NCBI RefSeq assembly: GCF_009914755.1
Contig: NC_060930.1
From: the human T2T-CHM13v2.0 reference genome, Homo sapiens
Reading direction: 5' to 3' (one strand)
Length of the DNA: 64,000 nucleotides
Shown here one piece after another: positions 20,010-34,347 of the stretch. Made by a program: the position numbers and the translations under genes. Under the pieces are notes generated by a model, which did no database searches, was not told the DNA's origin, and saw nothing but the letters and a program-made list of their open reading frames with translations. Within the stretch, counting starts at the first letter, position 1. Every line of letters starts with the position of its first letter.

Positions 20010-20884
20010 CTCAATCATATATGTGTGCTATTCCAAAGTTAAGATTTAGTTCTCTTAGTTTGAACCAGTTGTGAGGAGCAAAGTATGCTTTCCTTGGTTT
20101 GCCCTCCAAACTTTCAAACCCATAGATCACAGATTGAAAGAGATGAAATTAAACAGCTAAAGCAGCTTTTTCTACACTAGCATTCTTCCATCTAAGTTAT
20201 GATTTAAGAGATTTTTCCCAAAGACAGAGGAATCTAGATGAACTTTTCAAATCCAAAGAGCTCATATAGCACATATTTTATACATGCAGAGAATCATTTG
20301 TGCTATTTTAGTTAAACTTAGAATGTTGGGAATATTGACATGGATCTTACCAGATAAAAGTATAAATGCAGTGAATACTCTGCTTGGTGTATCAGTCAAA
20401 GTAATGAAAATCAGTCTGACACAAGTTACTAATCTCTCCATATGTGATATGAGGGTCAGAAAGCTCATGTTTTATGGCTGAATTGATGCATTTTGCCAAT
20501 ATAAATGTCTCTCAGTAAATGTCTCACATATTTTTCAAGGACCAGTAGGTTTGACACCTTGAACAAATGTAAGATGAAGTATAACATGTTGAAATGATAC
20601 CAACTTAATCTCATCCTATCAGCACACAATCCATCACCCAGTAGACTATGAGCCTGAATAAAATATTTTTTAAAAAATCTATATCTCACAAGCAAGCTGT
20701 CTCAACTTATAGCTATATATCAAAGTCTAACAAATACAGTTTTCCACTAACTTGATAAATACTGAGAAAGGTAAGAATAATTATTTTATAATACTAAAAT
20801 TAAACTCTAAGAAAGTTTACTTAAATATTTTATATTATATGGAAAATTAGGTGCAGATGTCAAGTATGTGTATTTTTCTTTATT

Positions 20885-21090
20885 TTTAGTTCAAAAATTA
20901 TAATTGTGTATACTTGCTGAGTACAGTGTGATGTTTTGATCTCTGTAGGCTTCACAGAATGATTTAATCAAGCAAATTCACGTATTTGCTTACCAACTTA
21001 TTTTTTTGTGGTGAGAATGCTAAAAATCTATTTTTTAACAATATAAAATATACAACAGTATTATTAACTGTGGTCACTATGCAGTGCAAT
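20885..21090 (-). mobile_element. L1MA 3' terminal fragment
   Basis: 'ttataattgtgtatac...gtacagtgtgatgttttgat...tttgtggtgagaa...tattaactgtggtcactatgc'. Confidence 0.7.
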
Positions 21091-22882
21091 ATATGTGTGT
21101 TTTAAATTTGTCTTTGTTTTACAAGAACTGAAAGAACAGACTCATCACTGCATAATGATGTTTTGTATATGCCTGTATTCACTAATAAATGTAAAGTTTA
21201 ATGATATTTTTACACAAATTTCTACATAAAAGTTTCAGTATGCCATTAATAAACCTGATTAAATTAGGTTGTACATCTAGGCAGTCAAGGCTGTTATGAC
21301 TGAGAACATGGAATTTTCATGTTAAATTTTCTGAAACTCTAAATTCTCTGAAACTACTAAATGACAATTATCTGCAAAATATAAGCCATAATTATACTCA
21401 ATAATCATCAATAGATAAATAATTATCTCACATGGAATCATTTTTTAATCTCAAATTGTCACCATGGATTACATTTTGTTTCTTGACCCACTGACCCTAC
21501 TAACAAGAGACATTTTTATTTTTATTATAGGACCTTTTATATTTAATAGATGTTGCTATAGTTTATCTGCAAATGTATTGAAAGTGCTTAGATATCAAAT
21601 TTGAACATAGCTATCTTTATATTCATTGCCACATGTATCAAGAAAAACAGCAAGGGTATTGCTTAGATTTTTAAAACAGATTTTGAAAGAATCTAAACAT
21701 ATTTTCACATACTGTTTCTGTTTTGTTTGCTTTTATAATTACCAGGAGTTATATTTTAGTTGAAATATTATAAAGAAATAAAGAAAGTAGCTTGCAAGCC
21801 AAATATTTCCACAGAGAATAGAAATTCAATTATTTTTTGAAAAAGAAAACTGTCAATGAACATACTAGCCAATTTACAGGCATAAACAACTGAAAAAAAA
21901 GTGAGCTTAAAGTGGACATTGGGACTATCAGGATGTAACATTGAGTTACATGTTATTTGCTCTTTTCTCAAAAGAGAAAAACACAATATTTTTAAAAGAT
22001 TGGAATTAAAGATTTTCTGTTACTTTAACAGCACAGGGAATGCTATAAGAAATCGGAGGTTACAACTGATCCTACACCACACATAGGGGATACTGAAGTG
22101 GTTTTCCTACCAGGTGTACTACAAGTCAGCCACAGATTCTCTTTCAATACGCCTGAGAATAACTTCACTGCCTCCTGGGTAACACACGAAAATATGACAG
22201 AATTAGTTTGAATGCACTGAAATAATTTTAGGTAAATTATTAGCCCCTTTTTCTCGTATCTGTGGTCAGAAATATGAAGGTTGTAGATTTTGCAATGAAT
22301 TCGCTTTTTCTGTTTGCCTCAATTGAGTCTTGCTTTATGAAGGAAATCAGAATCATACACAATGTTTATGTCCCCCAACAGATTCTAACCATTCTACCCA
22401 AGAATATTACATATGTTGGTATATGAATAGAAGAATAGGAATATAAATGATGATATATGTGAAGAGAATACAAAACAAAGAAAGAAAAGAGAGAAGTTGA
22501 ATGTTAGAAATAAAAATCCAAAGGAGGCTCTAAAGGTATGTCCTTCATCTCAATAATAAAGAACTAGCATTAAAATAATTAAATGAAAATTTAATATACT
22601 CTTAATTGATTTGCAAACCAATGCATTGATTTTACTTCTCTCTGTTTATATATTAATTATCACTTGATTACTTCTTTTATTCATATCTACTCAATAATTA
22701 GCCATAAAATTCCTAAGATTTGCATTTGGTAATTTTATAAGATAAAGAAGTAACTTTGGTATGATGAAGAATTAGAAATAAAGGTAACTTTGGTATGATG
22801 AAGAATTAGAAAAGTGAGCAAAAGATAAGAATAATGTAATTAGAAACAATCTGCAATCTGAAAGAGAATAATCTTAACATAG

Positions 22883-23518
<636 letters not shown>

Positions 23519-24159
23519 AGAAGTGGTCTTGGTTATCAACATGGTTACAGATAAAGCATAATGGTCAATATGACCAGGTTCTCTTATAATCTGTCACAAG
23601 TGATCTACAATACATTATTGTAATTTGAATCATTTTTTATGTCAGTTTTTTCTTCTATTAAATATGAAAAATAGAAAAGTAATTATTTAACACTTAGTAG
23701 AAACACCACAAAGAAATGCAACAACAGGAACTACATGTAAACTAAAGATTGTTTAAAGCCTTTTACAAAAATTCAGAGAATAAAATGAGTGATACATTTA
23801 AGTGTTTTAATCTCACCTGAGAGCTCACTCTAATTCACCTTTAAATAAGTCTTTGAGCATTAATATATTTTAAGTTTTATTTATCACTTTATTTATATAA
23901 TCAAACCAAAGAAAATAAATCAAAATAAATCCTGCTGATTCTGAAATTTTTAGATTTCTTTCCAAAAATCAGATAAGTTTAAGTTTTATGTTTGGATTAT
24001 CTTGCTAGCACCATAATAAATATGTTTAAACAATGTTTATAGGATATATTTTAATCTCAACTTATCAATTATAACACAGTGGTAAATAACCATCTGATAA
24101 AATAGATCATTTGAAAGCTTTGTAATAGTTAAACATATTTGAGTCTATTTAGACTCAAG

Positions 24160-24625
24160 ATTGGCAAACATAAATGAAGAGCAGACAAATGAGAACAAGA
24201 AAAGGCTACTTATTCAGAGCTTGCTATAGCAGGGAAATCACTTGATTTTGATATATAGCAGAATAAAAAAAGAAGGTCTCAGGTATGCTGTTGACATAGA
24301 CAAGTTGCAGGCAGGCTAGCAGAAGTGGGGCATCTCTGTAATTGGGTTCCTCTGATTAGTCCTGTTTTAAATAACAGCAAATATTAGGGAAGCTGACAAG
24401 TATTAAGAGCTTATTGTTATAAGGGTTATTGTTTGTCTTCCTAAATTGGTTGTCCGAGAGAATCGTCTGACTTCTTGGACTAGTTACTATAGACAGTAGG
24501 TTAGTTTTTGTGGATGGTTTCTGGAGATAGGATGTTGGCTTCCTGGGCTAATTGCTGCAGGTTGTGGGTGTGGATTCTATTTTTACATACAGTCTTGCGC
24601 TTATCCATTTATATATTCAGTCACA
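24160..24625. mobile_element. ERV1-type LTR-like element
   Basis: 'tattcagagcttgctatagcaggg' motif and GC content above the flanks. Subfamily uncertain. Confidence 0.45.
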
Positions 24626-25144
24626 TATTAGATATTTATGTGCACCTTACTTCCATTGCAATATACTTTTTTACAGAATGAAGAAGCATTAGACTATGTG
24701 AAATTTATATCATTTGAAAAAATTCCAAATATAATTATAAGCATTAAATGTTTTCCTTGAGTCTCCAAGTCATTTCAATTAGTATTTAATTTTGTTAATA
24801 GCAATATTCAGAAAATCTAACTTCAAGATTAATTTTCACAAAGTTCATATAGGCTTTGAAAGAGTTAAAGAGATGTCTTCATTCTTAATAAAAACTTAAT
24901 ATACAGCACTATAACTTTATTGAAAAAATAGATTAATGAAACAGAAAAGATTTAAGCATTTTTAAAATAATTTGATTAACTTACATGTTTTCAAAGTTTG
25001 TATAAATCATTGCAGACATTAGAAATTTATTCATATTCCTTATTCATTCTTGCAGTCATTTCATATATAATCATAATAAACAGATAGATTCTGAGCAGTT
25101 ACAAAATGTTAGGCACTTAACTAAATACCAATGTAGAGTGAGAG

Positions 25145-25345
25145 ACAGTATGTAGGATAATAAAGACCTTGGATCCTGGAACCAGATTGTTATGATTTTG
25201 AAGAGACTGGGCAAGATTATTTAAATAATTTATTACTCAGTTTCAGCATCTGTAAAACGAGGAAACCTTTTTTTGTTGTTTTGTTACTTAAATAACATAT
25301 ACTAGATATTATATCTAACACTTAGATAACTGCATAATGAGATTA
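25145..25345 (+). mobile_element. MIR fragment
   Basis: MIR core-like 'tgggcaagattatttaa...ctcagtttcagcatctgtaaaacgagg'. Confidence 0.55.
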
Positions 25346-25359
25346 AGCTTTATTCATTT

Positions 25360-25730
25360 TTTATTTAACTTTTATTTTAAGTTCAGAAGTACATGTGCAG
25401 GTTTGTTATATAGGTACATTTATGTCATGGGGCGCTTTTTTGCAAAGATTATTTCATCACTCAGGTATTAAGCCTAGTACCCACCAGATATTTTTCCTGT
25501 TCGTCTCCCTCCTCCAAAACTCCACCCTCTGGCAGGCCTCAGTGTGTGTCATGCCCTCTGTGTGTCTACGCGTTCTCATCACTTAGCTCCCTCTTATAAG
25601 TGAGAACATGCAATATTTGGTCTTCTACTCCTGCATTAGTTTGCTAAGGATAATGGCCTTGAGCTCCATCCATGTCTCTGTAAAGGACATAATATCTGTT
25701 ATATGGTTGTATAGTATTCCATGGTGTATA
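25360..25730 (-). mobile_element. Older L1PA (L1PA13-16-like) 3' end
   Basis: 'gtacatgtgcaggtttgttatatagg', 'cttataagtgagaacatgc', 'ttgctaaggataatggcc'. Confidence 0.9.
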
Positions 25731-28709
25731 AGGTTTAAGTATTTTTTCAGGATCCTAGAAATCTCGTGGATGTTTTTAAGCACCAGTATGTTATAAAAAC
25801 AAGACAGTTGACAAAGTTTGAAGAATTCCTTTATAAGATAGTTATCAAAGAGTCTGATGAAGATGAGCATATTTCATTCCAAATGAAACAGTTGAAATAC
25901 TGACTAGAAAAAAACATCCCAATGGAAGTAAAATAGAATAAAAAAGGAGATGAGGGATACATGTTAGAATTAATCAGTATGACTTTCAGTTCTAGTTAAG
26001 GGTGTATTTAAATATATTTGTGAATAAAAAACTCATTTTAATCTCAATGAACTGGAAGAAAATATATCAATATTTAGCTTTTAGAACAATTTTTAAGTGA
26101 AAATTCCTCTCAATTATGATTACATTTTCTCTATGTAGATTGATCAGTATAAATATTTCTATATAAATTTTACATTAATATATTAATGTAATACATCAAT
26201 AAAATTAATACATTAATTTTCAACTCATTAAATTTAACTAAAATATAGTTAAAATTGGGAACAAATTTTATTTTTTTGTCAATTTATAATGATCAGATTG
26301 AGTGATCAGATTGAGTAATCATCATTGACAAAAATTCTATAGATAATAACTTCATTTTGTGAATGGCTTATTTTCTTGGCAGTTATTTTACTAATACTTT
26401 ATGTATTTTGAAACATTTTCTGCCATATTTAATGCTTTAAATTTATTTTCATTATGTGTATTTCTGTAAGTTGAGCTTCTAGAATTGCGAGTTAACTGCA
26501 AATAATAAAATTATTGGAAGTTTTGTTTTTCTTTTCAACCACATTTCATGTCCATGGTTCACTTAGTATGGAAAATGAGAGACAAATATAAAACAGAATA
26601 ACATTGAATTTTTCAGTGTTAACTTTGAAATCATTTTATTGTCTGAAATGTCAATAATATTCACTTTCCAACTATTTCAATTACATATATAATATAAAAT
26701 AGGAGTAAATATTTGAAAATAAAATATTCTTTCCTCTTACTAGATATCTATTAAAATTGAACTCCTGAATTTTAATTATACTTAAAATATATAATAAAAT
26801 GATTTTAATTATTATAGAGTATAATATTACCATAAGTGATTTTCATAATATTGATTTAGCTGCTCTATTTAATGACAATATTGGAAAAGCTTACAATGAA
26901 TAATGAATTGAATAATAATTACTTCTTTTATGGGGTTAAATTATATGTAGAATCTGTAAAATCCAACCATTGTCAAATGCATTGGGTGCTAGATTTTAAT
27001 AGACTCTATATAAAAATTTTAGAGAGTTTGTCATCTCTAATGCTTCATCACCAGTCCAGCTGCCTTTTAGACATCTCATAAGGAGATGTTTAAATGAAGA
27101 ACTCATAAGGACTTCATTGGTATACATTATAACAACTAAACTCACATTGATCCAGAAATAAAAAAGAATCCAATGACTAATGCAACTTAAAAGCCCAAGG
27201 ATAAAATTAACTTCAGGCTTAGCTGGATCCAGGAAATTAAATATATTATTAGTTCAGTTTCTTCATCTCTGTGTTGGCTTTATTCTCAGGCAAGTTATTT
27301 TTATATGGTGACCCCCCCCCCATTAATGCTATGTTAATATCTTACCTCTTTACCTTGGAAAACAGAATTGTATTTTCTCAGTAGTTAAAAAAAATCACTT
27401 AAACGTATTGAGTCAGTTATCCATCCATGAAGCAATCTTTATGATTCATAGGTTAGAAAATGTAATTGTCCAAGACTAGGTAATAGGACCACCAGAAAGC
27501 TGCTCTGTGTGTAGCAGGTGGTGGAGTTGTCGTTAAATCACGTGAAGTGACTGGGGCATCAGTGGCTTAGGTTAGCAAGATATTAATATGAACCATATAT
27601 GGAAGGACAAAAATCTGACTGGAACACAATTTTTGTAATGGAGTAATTTATGTTATTTTATGTAAAGTAATTTTGCATTTTAAATTTAATAATGTCTTCA
27701 AACCTTTATGATGGTAAACCCATGCTAATATTTTATAATATATAAATTAAACACTTTAGGCTTTAATAGAAACAAAAATAAATATAGACTATATTCATAT
27801 TTATATAGACAATATATATAGACAATATATTTATTGTCTATATTTCAAAGGCAGATTAAAGTTTCAATAATTCTAGGATAAATACTATCAATATTATGTC
27901 ATGGGAATTCAATGATTGTGTATTACATTATACAAAGTTTTCTGTTTTTTACTCACAGCCAAGAAAATGAATTTTCTCACCATAATTCAGTAGTGGGTAT
28001 AATGTTCATTATGCCAAATTAGAATCTATTATGAACTAAAGAGAAATAACAAAAAGTTAAATGCAATAAACAAAAACAACTAAGAATCATGACATTATTT
28101 TTCAAGATTCAACATAACTCCTTTTGCTTTGAAAAATGTTTTCTATGAGTTTCAAGACAAAGATTTACATTTCTGCATGTATATGAGAGCTGAATATGTT
28201 AATTTATCGTACTTTTTCTGTAACTGGTTACTTAGAAAATACAAGAACTCTTTTAATATGGTTGAAAAAGCGGACCTAAATCAGAGAAATGATGAAATGG
28301 TATCTAGGCAGGACCCAGTGATCCAATATAAACCAGAGGCAGGAAATTAGAAAAAGAAGGGCAACTAGAAGAATATTTTAAATTTAATATTTAAAGATTA
28401 GATAAATAGATATTTGTAATACTATAAGAGTACAGAAAATCATTACTATAAAACGTTGTTGTATTTTCTATGTCATAGCTCTTAAATTATTTTCTTCCAA
28501 TGATGACTATCTACTATATATATATTATATACATACATTTAATGTCATGATACAAGTTAAAACAATAAAATTTGTGATAAATTATTTTAAAATAAGCCAA
28601 CTTCCATATAAATGACTTATATTAATCATGTATGCTCTGGCTCACTACTCTGATTGTCTTTCTTCATTAACTGTGTATAGATTATATACTATACTATGTA
28701 ATGACTATT

Positions 28710-29090
28710 GCAGAGGCCATCACTAGTGGTCACCAGGATTTTGACTCTTCATTCTGGCCACACAGTGTCTTGAAGTTAGCTGTGAATATGTGATTTGTTT
28801 CATGGTCATTGCAATGTGAACAAAAGTAGTGTGTGCCACTTGGAGGTGGAAGCTCTTGATACCTGATAAGTGATCCTTCATGCTCTCTTACCCAGTTGTG
28901 ATGAATCCTGAAACCTTGCACTGCAATGCCAGCATCTTCCATCACTCCTAGTGATGACAATAAATTGACCTCTCCTTTAGGTCTGCACTGGACTTGTGGA
29001 ATGAACAGGTAATGAACCTTCATTGCTTTAAGCCATTGAGAATTTGGGATTATTTGTTACAAAAAAGAATTTTAATTTTTTCTAATACAA
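28710..29090 (+). mobile_element. MLT1J-like LTR
   Basis: 'aatgtgaacaaaagtagtgtgtgccactt', 'ttgctttaagccattgagaatttgggattatttgttac'. Confidence 0.55.
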
Positions 29091-30204
29091 CTATGGATGG
29101 TTTATCTGGTAGTTTTATTATTAAATTTATTGGGTGATTAGCTTAGTTATGCACAGAAACTTCAAAGATAGAGCTGAAGATATGTAAATAAATAATTGTA
29201 TTACAGTTATTAAAGTAAGAGATATAAGAACACATTCTCAACATTCACAAAACTTGTAGTCTAGTGAGTGCTGGATTGCAATGAGATAACTGTTGTAAGT
29301 ACAAGTGAGATGAGAGAGAGTACAAAAAAAAGTAATTATACTGGGAAGAAAATTTTATAAGGAACTTACCATTTTAACTTGGACTTGAAGGACAAGGATA
29401 CCAATACTAATAAATCCTAAGAGACTTTATTGTTATATCAATATAAAATATGAGCTCATTGTTCCCTTTCAACCACTTAAATTGCAAATCTTTTTGTATA
29501 TATAGCCTTATAAATCATGTTTGAAATTACTATAATTTTTGCACTTTGAATAGTACTTAATAAAAGTCGTACAGAAATTGCAGAATATATATTACATTGC
29601 ATTTGCCATTTATATGTATCAAAGAAGATAGTGACTCATATGTACATTAAGAGAAACACATTTCAAAACCTGAATATAATTCATTTTTTTTCAGATTGTT
29701 CACCTCTAAGATTCCTAAGGGAAACAATTTTTCCGTTGCTGTTTGACTTTTTAAAATACTAGGGATTACTCAAAATGTTGATTACTGAATAGCAGGACAG
29801 ATATATTGCAAAGTATTAAGTAATGTTTAGGAAAAGATTAGTTGGGGATTTAACATTCAAAGGTAATGTGGCATCAATATAATGCAGAGATCTTGAGATA
29901 TTTCTATATGGAACTCAGTGATTCTGAATAGTTTGAGTAGGATTGAGTAATGATAAATTAGTCGAATTTTAATTGATATTCATTTAAATATAATATGTTG
30001 GAGATCAGGTAAGTTCATGCATGAGAGTGAACAGGGGTTTTGCATTTATGGCTTAGTCAAAGTGGCATCTTGTCATGAAATAATATAAATAATATTTATT
30101 TACTTTCACATTCTATATCAGAAAGATTGACCTTTTTTTGCTTATAATCATATCACCTGAGGAATGTAGCTGCCTCCAGTAAAATTCACCATCAGGTCTT
30201 TCAA

Positions 30205-30778
30205 TGGTTTTAAACAGTTGTACACAAATTATTTGATGCATCTACCTTCAAGACATGAAGTTTTGTTTTTATCCCTGTGAGTATGAGCTGGACTTAGTGG
30301 CATGTGTTTGGTGAATAGAATACAGCGAACATGATACAATTTCACTTCTGAAATTAGATTTTGCCACCACTGTGCCTTCCACCTTAAGTGTTCTCTAGCA
30401 CACTCTCAAATCCTTAGCTGCCATATGATAAAAATACTTGAATAATCTATGGAAAAGCTTACATGGCAAAGAATTAAGGCTGTAACAACCATGTTAGTAA
30501 GTTTGGAATTACATATTCTAAGACCTTCTAATAGCCACGTGAATGAGCTTATAAGCAGATCCTCCAGCCTGAATCAAGCCCTGCGATATTAATAAATTCA
30601 GCCCAGGACCACAGCTTGTCTATGGCTTTTTGAGCTATCCTGAGCCAAATATACCCAGCTAAGCCATTCCCAGATTCCTGAATCACATAGCTTGTGAAAT
30701 ACTAAGTCTTTGTTGTTTTAAGCCATAAATTTGAGATAATTTGTCATGCAGCAATACATGCAATACATGACCAATACA
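30205..30778 (+). mobile_element. MLT1F/G-like LTR
   Basis: 'gagctggacttagtg', 'cccagctaagccattcccagattcctga', 'ttgttttaagccataaatttg...gcagcaata'. Confidence 0.7.
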
Positions 30779-31348
30779 GATCTCATAGAGTTTTAACTGC
30801 CATATAAAACACACCTATGACTAAAATGAACTTTAGAAGATCCCTGGTTATGACCATTTTAGGTTAGTTCCAACTGAACCCTGGTTCATTGTAGATGCTG
30901 TAGTCTTCCCTGAGGAAATTGTAATACGGGGATTAGGTTAGAAATTTCTTCTGCTTTGCTACCTTCAAGCATAGCATACATATTTCTATTTGTTTTACAC
31001 ATTGTAATTTTAAATAAGCTTGTGTGTAAAAAACTAGAGTTGAAAACCTTACTCTGTTCATTTTAAAGATGAGGAAAGAGGTATTCCAGAAAGTTTAAGT
31101 GGTTTACTTATTGTTATTACATAATTATATTTAGCAGAACTGAATCCAAAATGCAGGTTCACTGCTTACCCAGGTATGTTTGTTCAACATAAAACTGAAA
31201 TTACCACATTTTCTTATATGTTATGTACAAATGATCAAGTTGTGCTCTACCATTTGTCAACTTTAAACAGCAAGCACTAGATATTTTCAATAAGAAACTA
31301 TTTTCTCTCATCATTTATGGGCTACTGTGATAAGAACAGCAAGGGATC

Positions 31349-33842
31349 TGTATTAGTCCATTTGAGGTTTAATTGACTCACAGTTCTTCATGGCTGAGAA
31401 GGCCTCAGGAAACTTAACAGTTACAGCAGAAGGTAAAGGGGAAGCAAGGCACGTCTTACATGGTGGCAGGAGAGAGAGCGAAAGAGAAAGAGAGAGAGAG
31501 AGAGAAGGAGTAGAAGAAAAAGAACTGCCAAACACTTTTAAACAATCAGATCTCATGAGAACTCACTTGCTTTCATGAGAACAGCATGAGGGAAACTGTC
31601 CTCATGATTCAATCACCTCCCACCAGGTCCCTCCTTTGCCACATGGGAATTACAATTCAAGATGAGATTTGGGTACAGACACAGAGCCAGACCATATCAT
31701 TCCACCCCTGGCCCCGACCAAATCTCATGTCCTCTTACATTTCAAAACCAATCATGCCTTCCCAACCAGTACCCCAAACTCTTAATTCATTTCAGCATTA
31801 TCTCAGAAGTCTGCAATCCAAACTCTCATGTGAGACAAGGCAAGTCCCTTCCACCTAGGAACCTGTAAAATCGAAAGCAAGTTAGTAACTTCCAAGATAC
31901 AATGGGTGTATAGGCATTGGATAAGTGCTCCCATTCCAAATGGGATAAATTGGCCAATATGAAGGAGCTACTGGCTTCATGAAATTCCAAAATCCAGTGG
32001 GTCAGCAATTAAATCTTAAAGCTCCAAAATGACCTCCTTTGATTCCATGTCTCACACTTAGGCATGCTGATACAAGGGGTGGGCTCCCAAGGACTTGGGC
32101 AACTCTGCCTCTGTGGCTCTTCAGGGTACATACCCCATGACTGCTTTCACAGGCTGGCATTGAGTGTCTGCTGTTTTTCCAAGTGCACAGTGCAAGCTGT
32201 CAATGGATCTACCTTTCTGGTGTATGGAGGATGGTGGCCATCTTCTCACAGCTCCACTAGGCACTGCCCCAATGGGCACTCAGTGTTGGGGCTCCAACCA
32301 CACATTTCTCCTCTGCATTGCCCTAGTAGAGGTTTTCCATGAGGGCTCTGCCCCTGCAGCAGACTTCTGCTTGGATATTGAGGCCTTTCCATACATCCTC
32401 TGAAATCTAAGCAGAAGTTCCCAAAGATCACCTCTTGTCTTTTGCATGCCCACAGGCCCAGCACCACTTGGAAGTTGCCAGTGCTTGGGGCTTGTACCCT
32501 CTGAAGCAATGACCTGAGCTGCACTTTTGCTTGTTTGAGCCATGGCTGGAGCTGGAGCAGCTGGGATTCAGGGCACCATGTCCTAAGCCTGCACAGAGCA
32601 GCTAGGCCCTGGCCTGACCCACAAAACCATTTTTCCCTCTTAGGTCTCCAGGCCTGTGATGGGTGGGGATGCCACAAAGATCTTTCATATAACCTGGAGA
32701 CACTTTTCCCATTGTCTTAACATTCAGCTCCTCATTATTTATGCAGATTTATGCATCTGACTTGAATTTCTCCCTAGAATATGGGTTTTTTGTTTCTACT
32801 GCATGGTCAGGCTGCAAATATTTCAAACTTTTATGCTCTGCTTTCCTTTTAAACAAAATTTCCAGTTTCAGATAACCTCTTTGTTTACACATACGGGACT
32901 ACACTTTCAGAAAACGCCAGTTTTCTGCTTAGAAATTTCTTCCAACTGATACCCTAAACAATCTCTCAAGGTCAAAGTTCCACAGATCTCTAGGGTGAGG
33001 CCAAAATATTTCAAACTTTTATGCTCTGCTTTCCTTTTAAACAAAAGTTCCAGTTTCAGATAACCTCTGTGTTTACACATATGGGACTACACTTTCAGAA
33101 AATGCCAGTTTTCTGCTTAGAAATTTCTTCCAACTGATACCCTAAACAATCTCTCAAGTTCAAAGTTCCACAGATCTCTAGGGTGAGGCCAAAATGCCAC
33201 CAGTCTCTTTGCTAAAACATAGCAAGAGTGACCTTTTACTCTGGTTCCCAAAAATTTCCTCATCTCCATCTGAGACCACCTCAGGCTGGACTTCATTGTC
33301 GATATCACTAGCAGCATGTTGGTCAAAACCATTCAACAAGTCTCTAGGACTTTTCCACATACTCTTGTCTTCTTCTGAACCCTCCAAACTATTCCAACCT
33401 CTGCCTGTTACCCAGTTCCAAAGTCACTTCTACATATTCAGTTTATCTTTATAGCAGTACCCCCTTCCTGGTACCAATTTATGTATTAGTCTGTTTTCAC
33501 ATTGCTGTGAAGAACTGCCTGATACTTGGTAATTTTTAAATAAAAGAGGTTTAATTGACTCAGAATTCTGAGTGGCTGGGATGGCCTCAAGAAACTTACA
33601 ATAATGGGAGAAGGCGAAGGGGAAGTAAGGTTCATCTTACTTGGCAGCAGTATTGGGGGTGGGGGGATGTGCAAAACACTTTTAAACCATCAGATCTCAT
33701 AAGAACTCACTCACTATCATGAGAACAGCATGGGGAAACCACTCCCATGATTCCATCACCTTCCACCAGGTTCCTCCCTCGATACATGGGGATTACAATT
33801 TGAGATGAGATTTGGGTGGGGACACAGAACAAAACCATATCA
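31349..33842 (-). mobile_element. THE1D-like MaLR provirus: 3' LTR 31349-31699, internal region 31700-33481, 5' LTR 33482-33842
   Basis: Two homologous LTRs, each 'tgtattagtc...accatatca'. Perfect TSD GGATC at 31344-31348 and 33843-33847. A polypurine tract on the minus strand sits next to the left LTR. The internal region is THE1-int-like. Confidence 0.95.
32816..33195. repeat. 188-bp tandem duplication inside THE1-int
   Basis: Copies 32816-33003 and 33004-33191 differ at 5 positions. Confidence 0.95.
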
Positions 33843-34213
33843 GGATCTGAGTTCAAAATCCATGATTGACTAATTATTTGCCCTTGAGTAAACCACTTAA
33901 TCTCTTCTAATTTGTGTTGTTTTTAAAATAGGGAAAATAATATCTATTTCTTGACACAGTGTTGGGTACTTAATACAATTTCATTTATAATTGGATTAGC
34001 AATGTATATTTTGGTACTTTTTGAAGTACCAAGTATAAAAAACTGTATATTTTTATTGTTTTAGGAAAATGATTATTTTTATAGCCTTACATAACTTGCA
34101 TATTGTTATTATGATTAATGTTTTTATCTCACCAGTATAAAATTCAAAGGAAGATCATATCACTTTTTAATGTTCATATATTTATGAACATTCATTATAT
34201 CATATATTATGAA

Positions 34214-34300
34214 CATTCATTCAACAAATATTTTTGGAATATATGCTAATAGCCAGATTCAGTTCAAGGAGCTGAGGTGAGACTAGCAATGAACAAATAC
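34214..34300 (-). mobile_element. L2 3' end fragment
   Basis: 'cattcattcaacaaatattt...atgctaatagccag' is a typical L2 terminus. Confidence 0.55.
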
Positions 34301-34347
34301 AAGTAGGTGGTTTGATTTTTCCTTTTAAAGTTCTAAAATTGTGTTTA

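Noticed and set aside
24139-24158. 9-bp palindrome TTGAGTCTA-tt-TAGACTCAA
   Set aside because: Short enough to arise by chance in AT-rich DNA.
31353-33674. Dense cluster of overlapping short ORFs
   Set aside because: Explained by the higher GC content of the THE1 LTR and internal sequence; no intact long reading frame.
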